A stretch of 64,000 nucleotides of DNA from contig OZ253470.1 in the NCBI GenBank assembly GCA_965261735.1, forward strand, positions 320,001-384,000, written 5' to 3'. This document shows, in pieces, positions 1-9,295 of the stretch. The notes under the pieces are model-generated. The model did not search any database, was not told the origin of the DNA, and was given only the letters and a program-made list of their open reading frames with translations. Each line of letters begins with the position of its first letter. Position 1 is the stretch's first letter. A program made the position numbers and the translations under genes. The DNA comes from Alphaproteobacteria bacterium. GTDB lineage: Bacteria; Pseudomonadota; Alphaproteobacteria; SHVV01.

Positions 1-299
1 GCCTCGCTTTCGAGCCGGGCGCGCAGGTCCTTTATCTTGGGCGACTCGTCCGGGTTCATTCCAGCCGCTTTGATACCCACGATCACCTGCGACAGTTCCT
101 TTTCCAACTCCGTCTTGTCGGCGGCCTTGTAGTGACTAAACTCCGCCTGCACCTGCGGCAGAAGGTCCTCGTCCAGGAACTGCACGACCTCGGCGCTCTT
201 GGCGTGCATGATGCGGTACAGGCCAAAGTCCAGGTCGGGCTGGTCGAGCTGGAACAGCTCCTTCAGAAGCGTTTTCAGCCTCTCGTACTTCTGGCTCAT
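1..299 (-). CDS. Type III R-M Mod-like site-specific DNA methyltransferase, N-terminus (runs off window)
   Basis: My translation from ATG at 299: MSQKYERLKTLLKELFQLDQPDLDFGLYRIMHAKSAEVVQFLDEDLLPQV..., the LFQxDxxDLDFGxYRI N-terminus typical of this Mod family; not in the ORF track because it is open at the edge. Confidence 0.75.
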   Translation of the reverse strand, partial: MSQKYERLKTLLKELFQLDQPDLDFGLYRIMHAKSAEVVQFLDEDLLPQVQAEFSHYKAADKTELEKELSQVIVGIKAAGMNPDESPKIKDLRARLESE

Positions 300-325
300 G
301 TGGCGTCTTCGTCCACTGATGGAAT

Positions 326-2557
326 TCATCTGCGAGCGAGAATTTGTTCGAACCACAGAATGGCCGCCTCGCCCTCTTTTCGCGTGACCTCGCCGACCGT
401 TCGACTGTGGCGTATGCCGTTTCGAAGCTCCGCCAACTGGCCAAACTTCGCCGACAGCGTCTGCTTGTTAGCGAATCTCTTCTCAAAACTCTGCCAGAGA
501 CTCTTGCTGAGTACCGTGTCGTGTAACTCGCGCAGATCACAGTACTCAAGGCGCCGGTTTAGTTGTTTGTATTGATCAAGTTCGATGTTTGCATTTTTCT
601 TCGCGGCAGCCTGGATGCGTTCATCAGCTTTCTGAAGCACGTGCGGTGGCAGCCGCCCGGCATCGTCTTGGAGTGTTGCGACCACTTGTTCGCGGAGGGA
701 GAGCTCAATGCCCTCGACCCGTTCGTCCAGCTCACGTAGCTGGGGCGACAAATCGATCCTTGCCTTGACCAACAGGTTCTCTATCGCCTCCAGCAAGGTA
801 CGCTGCCGCTCGGCAATAAATGCCTCGTAGTCGTCGGAATTGAACGGCTTGCGCAACAGCACGGCCAAAGCCGCCGATGAGATGAAATGCGACTCGAGCA
901 CGCTGCGCACGGCGCCCTCTCCGCTTTGCTCGATCAACTCCGGCAGATACTCGTTCGGAAGCCGGTCACCAATGACGCGCCGATTCGTGTCGGCAGTGAG
1001 CGGCGTGCGGTTCAGGATTGAGTGGATCAACCCACCGGTTCCAAGTTCTGTGGCCTTCGATGCCGGGATGATGTGATGATCGTCCAGATCGCCGTGTTGA
1101 GGCACATTGCCGCTCATCCAGTCCCGCGCGCCCTGGATGACGAGCAAATTGAAGATACCGTTGTATACCGACGTGCCGCGCTTCACTTCGCGGCGAAGGT
1201 CCAGGCTTCGGAAGCGCATTCCAAATTCCTGGATCAGCCCAGGCTCGCTCGCGTCCTCTTCCATCCAGGCTTTCAGGTCCAGGAAATCCCGGGCAGCGGT
1301 GGACTCCACGGAACCGGAGTAGCGGTTCAGGAATACCGAGGCCCAATACCAATGCCGGACCTTGCGTTGCGCCTCAAGTCTCTGGTTCGCGGGCAGTTCC
1401 CTGACGTGCGCTTGTATGGCAGAAAATGCCGGGATGATGGAGACGTAGGGGAGATAGTTCGAAGAAATCGCGCCGAATTCCTGAGGATGCCGCAATAGCT
1501 CGATGGCACGCTCTAGTGCATCGACGGCGTCGTTCCATCGATCCGTGAATGCCGTCGTGTTAGCAACCAGCACTTCCTTGCGGCGTGTTCCATCGGGATC
1601 CCGGACCGGTTTCTCCTGTTCGGGCAGAAGGAAGTAGAGATATTTCGGCGAGCAGTATCCCTGCCTGAGAATTGACATCACCTGCAAGATGTAAACGTTC
1701 ATCTTATTCGAATCGACGAACTCAAGACGAGGAGCGGCATTGCGCCACATCTGCTTGAGCTGCAAACCTTTGGGTTTGAGCAGTGCGTTGATGAGGTCGA
1801 AAGTGTCTAGCTGAATACCTTTGCTGTTGATCTGCGTGAAGATGTCGCAAACCTTATCGATTTCGAGTTGCTGGTCGAGTTCTATGTAGGAAATCTGATA
1901 CTGATCTATAAGAGTTCTGAGGTGCTCGCCAAACGCCAAGGCATTTTCGGCATGTAAAGTCGCTTGCTGGTGCTGGCTTTCCTTGCCTGCTTGCTTGGCC
2001 TGGGCTGCGGCTTCGCGCCAATGCTTTTCGTATCCTTGCACCCAGTTTGCCAGCGCCCAACCCTCTTTCCCGACAACGGCTAAAGGAAAGATATGCTCGG
2101 CATATTGTTGCTCGAGATTGGTGATGAGTTGTATCCAGCGCCTCGACCAATCGTACTCGAAGGAGTTGTCGTACTCCTCGGCCATAAAACGGTCGATTCT
2201 AACGAAGTAGTAATACCGATTTGCACGAGTGGGCAGCGCGATATCCGGTGCCAGAAATGCGTAGTGCATAGCCGTGAGTCGCTGCTGTCCGTCCAGAACT
2301 ATATATTCCGGCCTCTCGGAACCGTTGTAGCCGTAAAGTGGTTCGCAGGACAGGGCCGCGAAGTTCTCCTTCTTGCCAGTCCAGAGCAACAAGCTGCCAA
2401 TGTAATAGTCCAGAAAGATCGAGCGCATGAGATCGCGAACGTCCCATGGTTTCCACTCGAACTCGCGCTGAAAATCGGGAATGACGAAACGCCCTTCCCG
2501 CAAGCGCCCAATTAGCGTGTTCAGGCTGACGTGGTCGGGTTTCTGTGCATCTTTCAT
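326..2557 (-). CDS. GmrSD-like DUF262 + HNH (DUF1524-like) nuclease with C-terminal Swt1-like HEPN domain
   Basis: DUF262 motifs IPDFQREFEW and VLDGQQRLT; HNH-like DDHHIIP...LNRTPL...TN; C-terminal ELRNGIRHSR (RxxxxH). Confidence 0.85.
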   Translation of the reverse strand: MKDAQKPDHVSLNTLIGRLREGRFVIPDFQREFEWKPWDVRDLMRSIFLDYYIGSLLLWTGKKENFAALSCEPLYGYNGSERPEYIVLDGQQRLTAMHYAFLAPDIALPTRANRYYYFVRIDRFMAEEYDNSFEYDWSRRWIQLITNLEQQYAEHIFPLAVVGKEGWALANWVQGYEKHWREAAAQAKQAGKESQHQQATLHAENALAFGEHLRTLIDQYQISYIELDQQLEIDKVCDIFTQINSKGIQLDTFDLINALLKPKGLQLKQMWRNAAPRLEFVDSNKMNVYILQVMSILRQGYCSPKYLYFLLPEQEKPVRDPDGTRRKEVLVANTTAFTDRWNDAVDALERAIELLRHPQEFGAISSNYLPYVSIIPAFSAIQAHVRELPANQRLEAQRKVRHWYWASVFLNRYSGSVESTAARDFLDLKAWMEEDASEPGLIQEFGMRFRSLDLRREVKRGTSVYNGIFNLLVIQGARDWMSGNVPQHGDLDDHHIIPASKATELGTGGLIHSILNRTPLTADTNRRVIGDRLPNEYLPELIEQSGEGAVRSVLESHFISSAALAVLLRKPFNSDDYEAFIAERQRTLLEAIENLLVKARIDLSPQLRELDERVEGIELSLREQVVATLQDDAGRLPPHVLQKADERIQAAAKKNANIELDQYKQLNRRLEYCDLRELHDTVLSKSLWQSFEKRFANKQTLSAKFGQLAELRNGIRHSRTVGEVTRKEGEAAILWFEQILARR

Positions 2558-2573
2558 AAAATCGTTCTCCAGC

Positions 2574-2795
2574 TCACGTTACCGCCCAACGGATGGTAAA
2601 GAGTGTCTCCGTCTCAGTCGGCTGCCCCAGCCGGCGCTCCAGCGAGCCGATGAGTTGATCGCGCTTCTCTATGATCTCGTCCTCTGCCTTGAAGGTCTTC
2701 TGGCGCGGGCAGCGCTTGCGGCGCTCGAGGGTCTGGACCTTCTCTTGAATCTCGTTTTGGTCGACGGGCGTTACTGGGTGCTGCGCGTGACGGGC
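2574..2795 (-). pseudogene. C-terminal remnant of SNF2-like helicase
   Basis: Frame reads ...EIQEKVQTLERRKRCPRQKTFKAEDEIIEKRDQLIGSLERRLGQPTETETLFTIRWAVT*; the 'ETLFTIRW' terminus resembles R-M-associated SNF2 helicases; stops lie immediately upstream. Confidence 0.55.
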
Positions 2796-2897
2796 GAACT
2801 ACTAAAGTAACTGAAGGGGTTCTGCATTCGTAAAGGTTAGGGGACTTCGCAACGTGGCCATAACCGATTTGTTCTGACAAGGTCGATCATTCCACTC

Positions 2898-3914
2898 TCA
2901 AGGCAGGGTATAGAGATTTCGACCAGCCAATCGCAAACAATAGCCGGTGACGTCGGGAGCGTCGCCACGCATCCGGATCCCATCTGTGTAATCGAGAGCA
3001 TAGCGAAGGGGTTGCGCATAATAAACTGGTACACGGGGTCGCTGAGCCGCTGCCGCGGCGAGAGAAAAAAGACACATCGCGAGCGACACTGTTTTCGGGC
3101 CGTAAGGTGCGATGGCCGCCGTTTCAAGACCATCATTGGTCATTTTGCAGAGAGCATCGAAAACCTGTGGGCAGTCATACATGTTAATGTGAACGTGATC
3201 AGGAGGGCCTATCCGTTCATTTTGCGTGAGATCGTCGATCTGTTTCACGAACATCCAATTCCTCCTATGGCCTGGAGGGCCCGGCGGAAACGGGAAGATG
3301 AGTTTAATCTTGTTTGAGTCCTGGTTCCTGAGCAGTGGAATTAGACCCAAAGGCTCGAACCCGATGCCGATAATAATGGACTCATGCTTACTGCGCCCGT
3401 TCTCCGCGAAGAATCCGGGGACCACGCGTAGCGGCGCCAAATTCTCTGAAAGCTTGTCGGAATAACCGGTAGCAGACGTATAAGTCACTATCACATCATC
3501 AAATCGAACGTCTTTAAGAACAGCTTGAATGATGGGAAAGAACCACATTTTTGGAAACGAGGTAATGTCGATGATAATCCTGCTCGAACCATTCTCTACC
3601 AGCCGACTAACAGGATCGACTTTATCATCAAGTCCTGCCAGAAGTTCCGCATCGCAAATTTCGTCTGGGCGATATCCGCACGCCTCAAGTGAATCGCGGC
3701 GCAATTGTAGCCGTTTTTTTTGTGCTGCGGGATCTAGTGGATCCGAATCGTGTATGGCGATGATTTTGACATCGCGAAGACGATCCCGACCGAGATAGTT
3801 CGCCAAAGCGACGCTACGAGCCTCGGTGCCACAACATGCTAGAAGTGACCACGGGTGGGCATTCAAGCGCTCAAGCAGCCAATCTATATGACCCCATGGG
3901 CGTAATACACTCAC
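2898..3914 (-). CDS. Hypothetical protein, predicted tandem Rossmann (CARF-like) domains
   Basis: 338 aa; GTGA overlap with the ATPase gene; motifs IIIDITSFPK and IAPYGPKTVSLA. Confidence 0.75.
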   Translation of the reverse strand: MSVLRPWGHIDWLLERLNAHPWSLLACCGTEARSVALANYLGRDRLRDVKIIAIHDSDPLDPAAQKKRLQLRRDSLEACGYRPDEICDAELLAGLDDKVDPVSRLVENGSSRIIIDITSFPKMWFFPIIQAVLKDVRFDDVIVTYTSATGYSDKLSENLAPLRVVPGFFAENGRSKHESIIIGIGFEPLGLIPLLRNQDSNKIKLIFPFPPGPPGHRRNWMFVKQIDDLTQNERIGPPDHVHINMYDCPQVFDALCKMTNDGLETAAIAPYGPKTVSLAMCLFSLAAAAAQRPRVPVYYAQPLRYALDYTDGIRMRGDAPDVTGYCLRLAGRNLYTLP

Positions 3915-5935
3915 AAGTCCTCCCCATCATCAAAGAGTGGCAAATTCATCTCCTCCGCGGGCTTAACCTGGGGGGTAAAGGAGTCTGGGAGCTGTAGTCC
4001 AGCTTCGTACATCCATGTTTCAACCTGCGTTGGGCGAATATATAACGGTTCCTTCAGCCTCTGGTAGTGCATCTTGAATTGCGGGCAGAGAACTGGATTC
4101 AGATAGATTTTCTGTCTTCTCCGGCGGTCCTTCTCTTTAGTGGTGTGCGGCCATACAACGAACGTACCGTAGTCACTCATCTCCTCGAGAAGATCCTTCA
4201 CATGGGGGAATCTCTCGAGTTCGTCTTCGGCAAGTGAAAAGCCGTTGTGTCCGGGATAACTCATTTTCCGGTCAGCATAGAGACCGCGCATAAGGACATT
4301 TCCTATATGCCTGACTAGTCGAAACCGATCTCCGCTCCTGCCAGTTTCCTGCGTGATTTTCTTGAGCCAATAGTCGCTTGCCTTAAAGATACCAATCGCC
4401 TGGACATCGGAGTCAATCTCAACCAGATCCATTTGTGACGTACTTTTTTTTCCAATTTGATTCTCCGTGTCCCAGATGAATTGGCAAATACTTAAGAAGG
4501 TCAGGATATTGCCGCCGCTGAGATCGATCAGTTCAGAGAATCCTGCCCATATTGGACGCTGCTGGCATCTACCGGCAATATGGACCAAGGCAAGCTCGAT
4601 CCGTTCCTTTATCCACCAAGGCTTCGCCTGCATTTCTGGGAGCATTGCCATGTTGAGATCGCGTGGAAAAGTCTTTTTCCCAATCTTGCGGGATCGGTTG
4701 AGTTGCTGCAGCACCCATGCCTCCAACAACCGTGCAGACAGCGGATCCACTTCACCATGTGCAAATATGCCCTCTCGAAACTCCTCTGGCCAATCCCGAT
4801 CCACTTTAACAGTTCTACGCCGATTGGTTCCCCCATATCTTATTGCTTTATCCTGAGGTAGCATTCCTTTACCGAACACGCGCTCTAGTAATTTTCTACC
4901 CGTCGCTTCCTTGGGTGCGAAGCCGGCATGTTTGAGTCGTCGTGCGAAAACGTCCTCCGCGAATCGCGGAAATACCCAAGTTTTTGGATTTTCATGGCGC
5001 CTCAGCAACGCATCAAGATCGACAAACTTGTAATCTCGTTCTTCTTCTAGCTTTGCATGGGCGCCAAAGATAAAACCATGATTACGCCACGCATGCCCGC
5101 GCGTCCCGATGCGATAAGAAATTGCCGGGTCCCGCCGAGCGAGTGCGCGATTTATTACCCGACGGTAGTCAGGACTATTGGTCTCATGTGGTGAAATGTT
5201 CGACAACTCTTCATACTGATCAATATGTATGAAGATGGCGACATCCCGTTCGATAATGTTTGATTCTTTGAGTAATCCTACTACTGTCGAGATAGGATCG
5301 CCGATATCAGTCTTCGACTCATGGATCTGCGCATCGAGTTGGCTGTCATTAATGTGCAGAAAACGGCGATAGGCGTTGAGTCGTTCGCGCATAAAGAGCT
5401 CGACATCGTTTAGCCTTTCACATCCTTTGAGAGTACCTTGAAAGATATCGGCGGTGGTCAGTGTGGAAATAAAGGCATTTTCACGCTCCTCCGACAGATC
5501 GATATGAATATCGGCTATGCGTGTGCCAAATTGATTGGATGACATCCGTATCGACTTAAACAGGTCGAGAAGGACGGTGTGGTTAACGAAATCGGCAAAA
5601 AATAAAGCCCTTTCATTTTCATCACTTGAGATGGAGCGATATCCAAAGTCAATCGCGTTACTATGAGCTAAATTGATGCCAGCACCAATAAACTTCCTGA
5701 TTTCCTTTCGTACCGGGAATTCAGTCATGGCCCGAGCATATTCGATCCGAACTTCGGGCCTTAGCAAGCTTAGCAGCATGCTTTTTCCACTACCCTGGAC
5801 CCCTTTGACGACAACGTTTCCAGGTAAGAATAGGGCTTCGGCATGATCAACGAGAAACGGACTGAATATATTTACAAACTCTCTGCTTGAGAGCTTGTCC
5901 CCGACATAGAGTTCGAAGAATGGATTGATACTCAT
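3911..5935 (-). CDS. ORC/CDC6-like (STAND-related) P-loop ATPase
   Basis: Walker A GVQGSGKSMLL, Walker B-like IFIHIDQYE, N-terminal NPF; likely start MSINPFF at 5935, 1 nt after the upstream stop. Confidence 0.85.
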   Translation of the reverse strand: MSINPFFELYVGDKLSSREFVNIFSPFLVDHAEALFLPGNVVVKGVQGSGKSMLLSLLRPEVRIEYARAMTEFPVRKEIRKFIGAGINLAHSNAIDFGYRSISSDENERALFFADFVNHTVLLDLFKSIRMSSNQFGTRIADIHIDLSEERENAFISTLTTADIFQGTLKGCERLNDVELFMRERLNAYRRFLHINDSQLDAQIHESKTDIGDPISTVVGLLKESNIIERDVAIFIHIDQYEELSNISPHETNSPDYRRVINRALARRDPAISYRIGTRGHAWRNHGFIFGAHAKLEEERDYKFVDLDALLRRHENPKTWVFPRFAEDVFARRLKHAGFAPKEATGRKLLERVFGKGMLPQDKAIRYGGTNRRRTVKVDRDWPEEFREGIFAHGEVDPLSARLLEAWVLQQLNRSRKIGKKTFPRDLNMAMLPEMQAKPWWIKERIELALVHIAGRCQQRPIWAGFSELIDLSGGNILTFLSICQFIWDTENQIGKKSTSQMDLVEIDSDVQAIGIFKASDYWLKKITQETGRSGDRFRLVRHIGNVLMRGLYADRKMSYPGHNGFSLAEDELERFPHVKDLLEEMSDYGTFVVWPHTTKEKDRRRRQKIYLNPVLCPQFKMHYQRLKEPLYIRPTQVETWMYEAGLQLPDSFTPQVKPAEEMNLPLFDDGEDL

Positions 5936-5936
5936 A

Positions 5937-6911
5937 TCAGGCCCTAGTAATTCGAGGAAAGAGAGGTTGCCACTCTTCGGTTTCGTCATAGATGATCGGA
6001 AGGCTGTTGTCGGGGCAGTTCGAATACAGTGCGACTACCGCTCCCGTTCCCTTATAGCCATGATAGCGTCGGCTTTCGACGTCCGATGCTGGTTCACCCA
6101 ATTTACCACTCACTCGGATTATGAAATCGCGTACGGTCTGGAACAGTGGCGGTTCATTGGGTTGGGGATCAGCCTTAATAAGCGTGCTGGGTGAAATTAA
6201 CATAACAGGTTCGTAGGATACATTCGCATGGCGCTCGGCTAAATTGCATCCAACCTGATGACCAGCCGGGCATACAACCAGCGGAAGAGTTAAAATCTCA
6301 ATATCAGCTGATATGTTGGCTGCATATTTGATTGCGCTTCTCATCTGAGTACCGCTGCCGACAAAATCTTCAAGAAGGACGATCCGCCGTATTTTATTAT
6401 CGACAACATATTGCGTGATTTTCTTGGGATCACCGAACTTTGTCAAAGACCGCCAGTCTGGTCGATGGCTTTTTCCCATCAACTTGTTCACCTTAAGAAA
6501 CGAGTTTATCCGCATCGAATCAGTGATTGGACAAAACCATGTTTCCGCAACTCCGTTATCCAAGGCGTGCATCGCTGCCGGATCCGCTATGTCGACCGCG
6601 ATCTGGTCAACTAACCAGCGAAGCACATGTCCATTGTACGCAGCGCGGCATAGGGATTCGAACTCCGACCGGCCAATAAAGAAAAAGTAGTTGAGAAGGA
6701 GGAACAGGGTCTGCTGATCTTGCTCTTCGTCGACATTGTGAATCCACCGATCAAGCCTGTCTTCGAACTGGTCAAATTGGGCTGGCTCATAGTCGTCGAA
6801 GACCTTGCGAGCTAGATATTGGATGGCGCTATGATCAAGGAATACTTCATCCTCGACATCCCAATCGCGTAATGCCCAGTCGCGCAACAACTTGCTCAGC
6901 CGATCGTTCAT
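5937..6911 (-). CDS. Phosphoribosyltransferase-like protein (PRTase-CE type)
   Basis: PRPP-binding loop VLLEDFVGSGTQ; C-terminal NCPDNSLPII...WQPLFPR; ATGA overlap with the methyltransferase gene. Confidence 0.8.
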   Translation of the reverse strand: MNDRLSKLLRDWALRDWDVEDEVFLDHSAIQYLARKVFDDYEPAQFDQFEDRLDRWIHNVDEEQDQQTLFLLLNYFFFIGRSEFESLCRAAYNGHVLRWLVDQIAVDIADPAAMHALDNGVAETWFCPITDSMRINSFLKVNKLMGKSHRPDWRSLTKFGDPKKITQYVVDNKIRRIVLLEDFVGSGTQMRSAIKYAANISADIEILTLPLVVCPAGHQVGCNLAERHANVSYEPVMLISPSTLIKADPQPNEPPLFQTVRDFIIRVSGKLGEPASDVESRRYHGYKGTGAVVALYSNCPDNSLPIIYDETEEWQPLFPRITRA

Positions 6912-8113
6912 TCTTCCCCCACCAAAATAGCATCGCGGATGAAACCCGCTAGGCGGGCAGCCATTGGCGGAGGTACAGCATTTCCTATCATTCGAAACGC
7001 CTTCGAGCGATTGGCCCTAATGACGAAGTCATCTTGGAAACCCTGAATTCGGGCCGCTTCCCGCGGCGTAAGTCCCCGATCAAGGTGTGGGTGGATGAAT
7101 AGGCAGGGATCGCCGAAATGCGTATCAACTGTTGGCGAGATACCATCGATGGGTAATCGCCGAAACTTGCCATTATAGGTATGTTTCAGGTCGATATAAT
7201 TCTCAACGCGGCGAAGATACTGACACTCAATCAAGCGATTAATATCAGCATCGCAGCATCGTTCAAGATGATCGTTAACCACCGACGGTAAGACGGGATC
7301 TGCGTCGCCGAAATCCCGTCTGCGGTCCCGCCTCCTCAACCTAACGAGCGCTACTAGAACCTCGCGCTCCGAGCCCGTTACCGTTCCGAATACTTCTGGG
7401 ATATCCCAAGTGGGAACAGCAGCCGGACTGATACGAACATTGCATAGCTTCTGACCGGGAGAGATTCGACGAGCTATCAATTGCTCGCGAGAGCCGGCAG
7501 GCAACGGTATAGGATCGTGGCCTGACAAGCCGTCGACATTCGCGAGCGTGGCCGATAATGTTGGAGCGGAGCCTGTATCAAGTTCACAGCGGATCGCATC
7601 GCTTCCAAGCCAAGCAATAAGGAACAGACGCCTTCGGAGTTGCGGTACGCCACTAGAAGGACCGTCGGCAAAAATGCGAGAAACGGAATAACCTCCATTC
7701 TTTAGCATTGCCTCCACCTGTTCCCATCGCGTCCCGTGTCTTCCGGAAATCGCGGCGGGTACATTCTCCAGGACGAACACTCGCGGTCTGAGATCCAGAG
7801 CGATTATGCCAGCCCGTACGAGAAGATCGTTGCGGGGATCTTTCAGATCGCGTTTGCCCGCCGTAGAAAATCCTTGGCAGGGCGATCCAGCCAACAAGAC
7901 ATCCGGCCTGACCTGAGGCGTTTCGGTGGAAAGGTCACAGACAGATGCAACAGGAGCTACATTGTCGTTATAAGCCGTAACTACATATGAATCATTGTCA
8001 AAGGCACCGATCAGCCGAAAGCCCTCCTGTTCGAACCCGATGTCGAAGCCGCCGCATCCTGAGAACAGACTGGCTACGGTGCAGTCAGCCGAATTCAACT
8101 GGTCGTTTCCCAC
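6908..8113 (-). CDS. DNA (cytosine-5)-methyltransferase
   Basis: Motif I LFSGCGG, IV GSPCQGFS, VI ENV, VIII QLRRR, X GNAV. Confidence 0.93.
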   Translation of the reverse strand: MGNDQLNSADCTVASLFSGCGGFDIGFEQEGFRLIGAFDNDSYVVTAYNDNVAPVASVCDLSTETPQVRPDVLLAGSPCQGFSTAGKRDLKDPRNDLLVRAGIIALDLRPRVFVLENVPAAISGRHGTRWEQVEAMLKNGGYSVSRIFADGPSSGVPQLRRRLFLIAWLGSDAIRCELDTGSAPTLSATLANVDGLSGHDPIPLPAGSREQLIARRISPGQKLCNVRISPAAVPTWDIPEVFGTVTGSEREVLVALVRLRRRDRRRDFGDADPVLPSVVNDHLERCCDADINRLIECQYLRRVENYIDLKHTYNGKFRRLPIDGISPTVDTHFGDPCLFIHPHLDRGLTPREAARIQGFQDDFVIRANRSKAFRMIGNAVPPPMAARLAGFIRDAILVGEE

Positions 8114-8589
8114 GCGCCGATCATCCCCTTACCAGGGCAATCGAGTGAATTAGCGGGAAGAGATATTTTCAACTGTCTGTCCATAATACGGAACGAATAA
8201 GGGGCAATTATGCGATAGACCAAGCCTATCTTTCATTGCTTGTTGCTGATGGACGCACCCTAAGCCTATGACCGCACAATCGATGGCCCTATTGATTCAC
8301 CTCTGATCCCTGAACCGCAATGTACTTATGGATGATCGTGAGTTTGGTCGGGTAAGGACGGCTTGTCCTGTGTGATTCGCGACGCGTGCGACGTGCACAA
8401 GAGGATGATCGTGGCCCTGGCGCGCAAGTTGTTGATCGTGCCCGTGGAAGCTGTCGCGGAGTGCTAAAATAACGGAAGGGACTGAGTATCTGGCAAAACT
8501 ATGGATGCCCCATCTGCGAATCAATCCATTATTGTTGACAGCGCCTTGTAGACGCATTGGGCCAACTGCTTCGATTATCGGGTCGATTG

Positions 8590-8904
8590 TCATGTAGCTC
8601 CTTGCTCCTCGTACGGAACAAGATTGATGTCGCCTTCCCGCTTACGGGTCTGAGAGATGTCGTAGCTGTTCTGCATTCTCATCAGCGTATCCATGGATAT
8701 GCCGAACGCCTTCTCGATCCTGAGTGCCATTTCAGGCGAAAGACTTACGCGTTCGTTAAGCAGCGCGGACAGCGCGGGGCGCGTGATTCCCAATGCCCGC
8801 GCCCCATCGGTTACTGACAAGCCAAGGGCTTCTATGATCTCGCTCTTTACGAATCCACCGGGGTGGGCAGGACTTTTCATCCGGACGCCCTGTATCGCAC
8901 TCAT
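8590..8904 (-). CDS. higA: HigA-family antitoxin (HTH)
   Basis: HPGGFVKSE...ALGITRPALSALLNER..LSPEMALRIEKAFG. Confidence 0.9.
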   Translation of the reverse strand: MSAIQGVRMKSPAHPGGFVKSEIIEALGLSVTDGARALGITRPALSALLNERVSLSPEMALRIEKAFGISMDTLMRMQNSYDISQTRKREGDINLVPYEEQGAT

Positions 8905-8913
8905 GGCCGCCTC

Positions 8914-9198
8914 CTAGTGGTAGTCTTCGAAATCAAGATCGACAATTGACACCTGGTCAATCCGGAACGTGATCCGCCAGTTTCTTGTGACTGACAGACT
9001 CCAGCCGCCCTTACGATCGCCGGCAAGCTGATGCGCCGTCCAACTCGGAACCGTTCGCAATTCTTCTTGCCACTCCATGTCCTGAACAAAAGACAGGATG
9101 CGCCGCAGTTTCGGTACGACCGATGGCTGCAGAGCGGCGGTGTTATCGTTCTCTATGAAACGACGGAGCCCCTTGTGAACCACGTTTCGGATTTTCAC
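8914..9198 (-). CDS. higB: HigB/RelE-family toxin
   Basis: MKIRNVVHKGLRRF...HQLAGDRKGGWSLSVTRNWRITF...DFEDYH; upstream of higA. Confidence 0.9.
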   Translation of the reverse strand: MKIRNVVHKGLRRFIENDNTAALQPSVVPKLRRILSFVQDMEWQEELRTVPSWTAHQLAGDRKGGWSLSVTRNWRITFRIDQVSIVDLDFEDYH

Positions 9199-9295
9199 GA
9201 TACAAGTTACCGATTCGAACCGTTAGGTGTCAAGAGACGCATTACGAGTCTTGTTGGAATCGTTTGATCCCGCTCATGTTAACGCTGCGCGAGAT

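Noticed and set aside
8191-8205. Possible LexA box GAAC-N7-GGGC upstream of the methyltransferase operon
   Set aside because: Two mismatches in one half-site; too weak without conservation data
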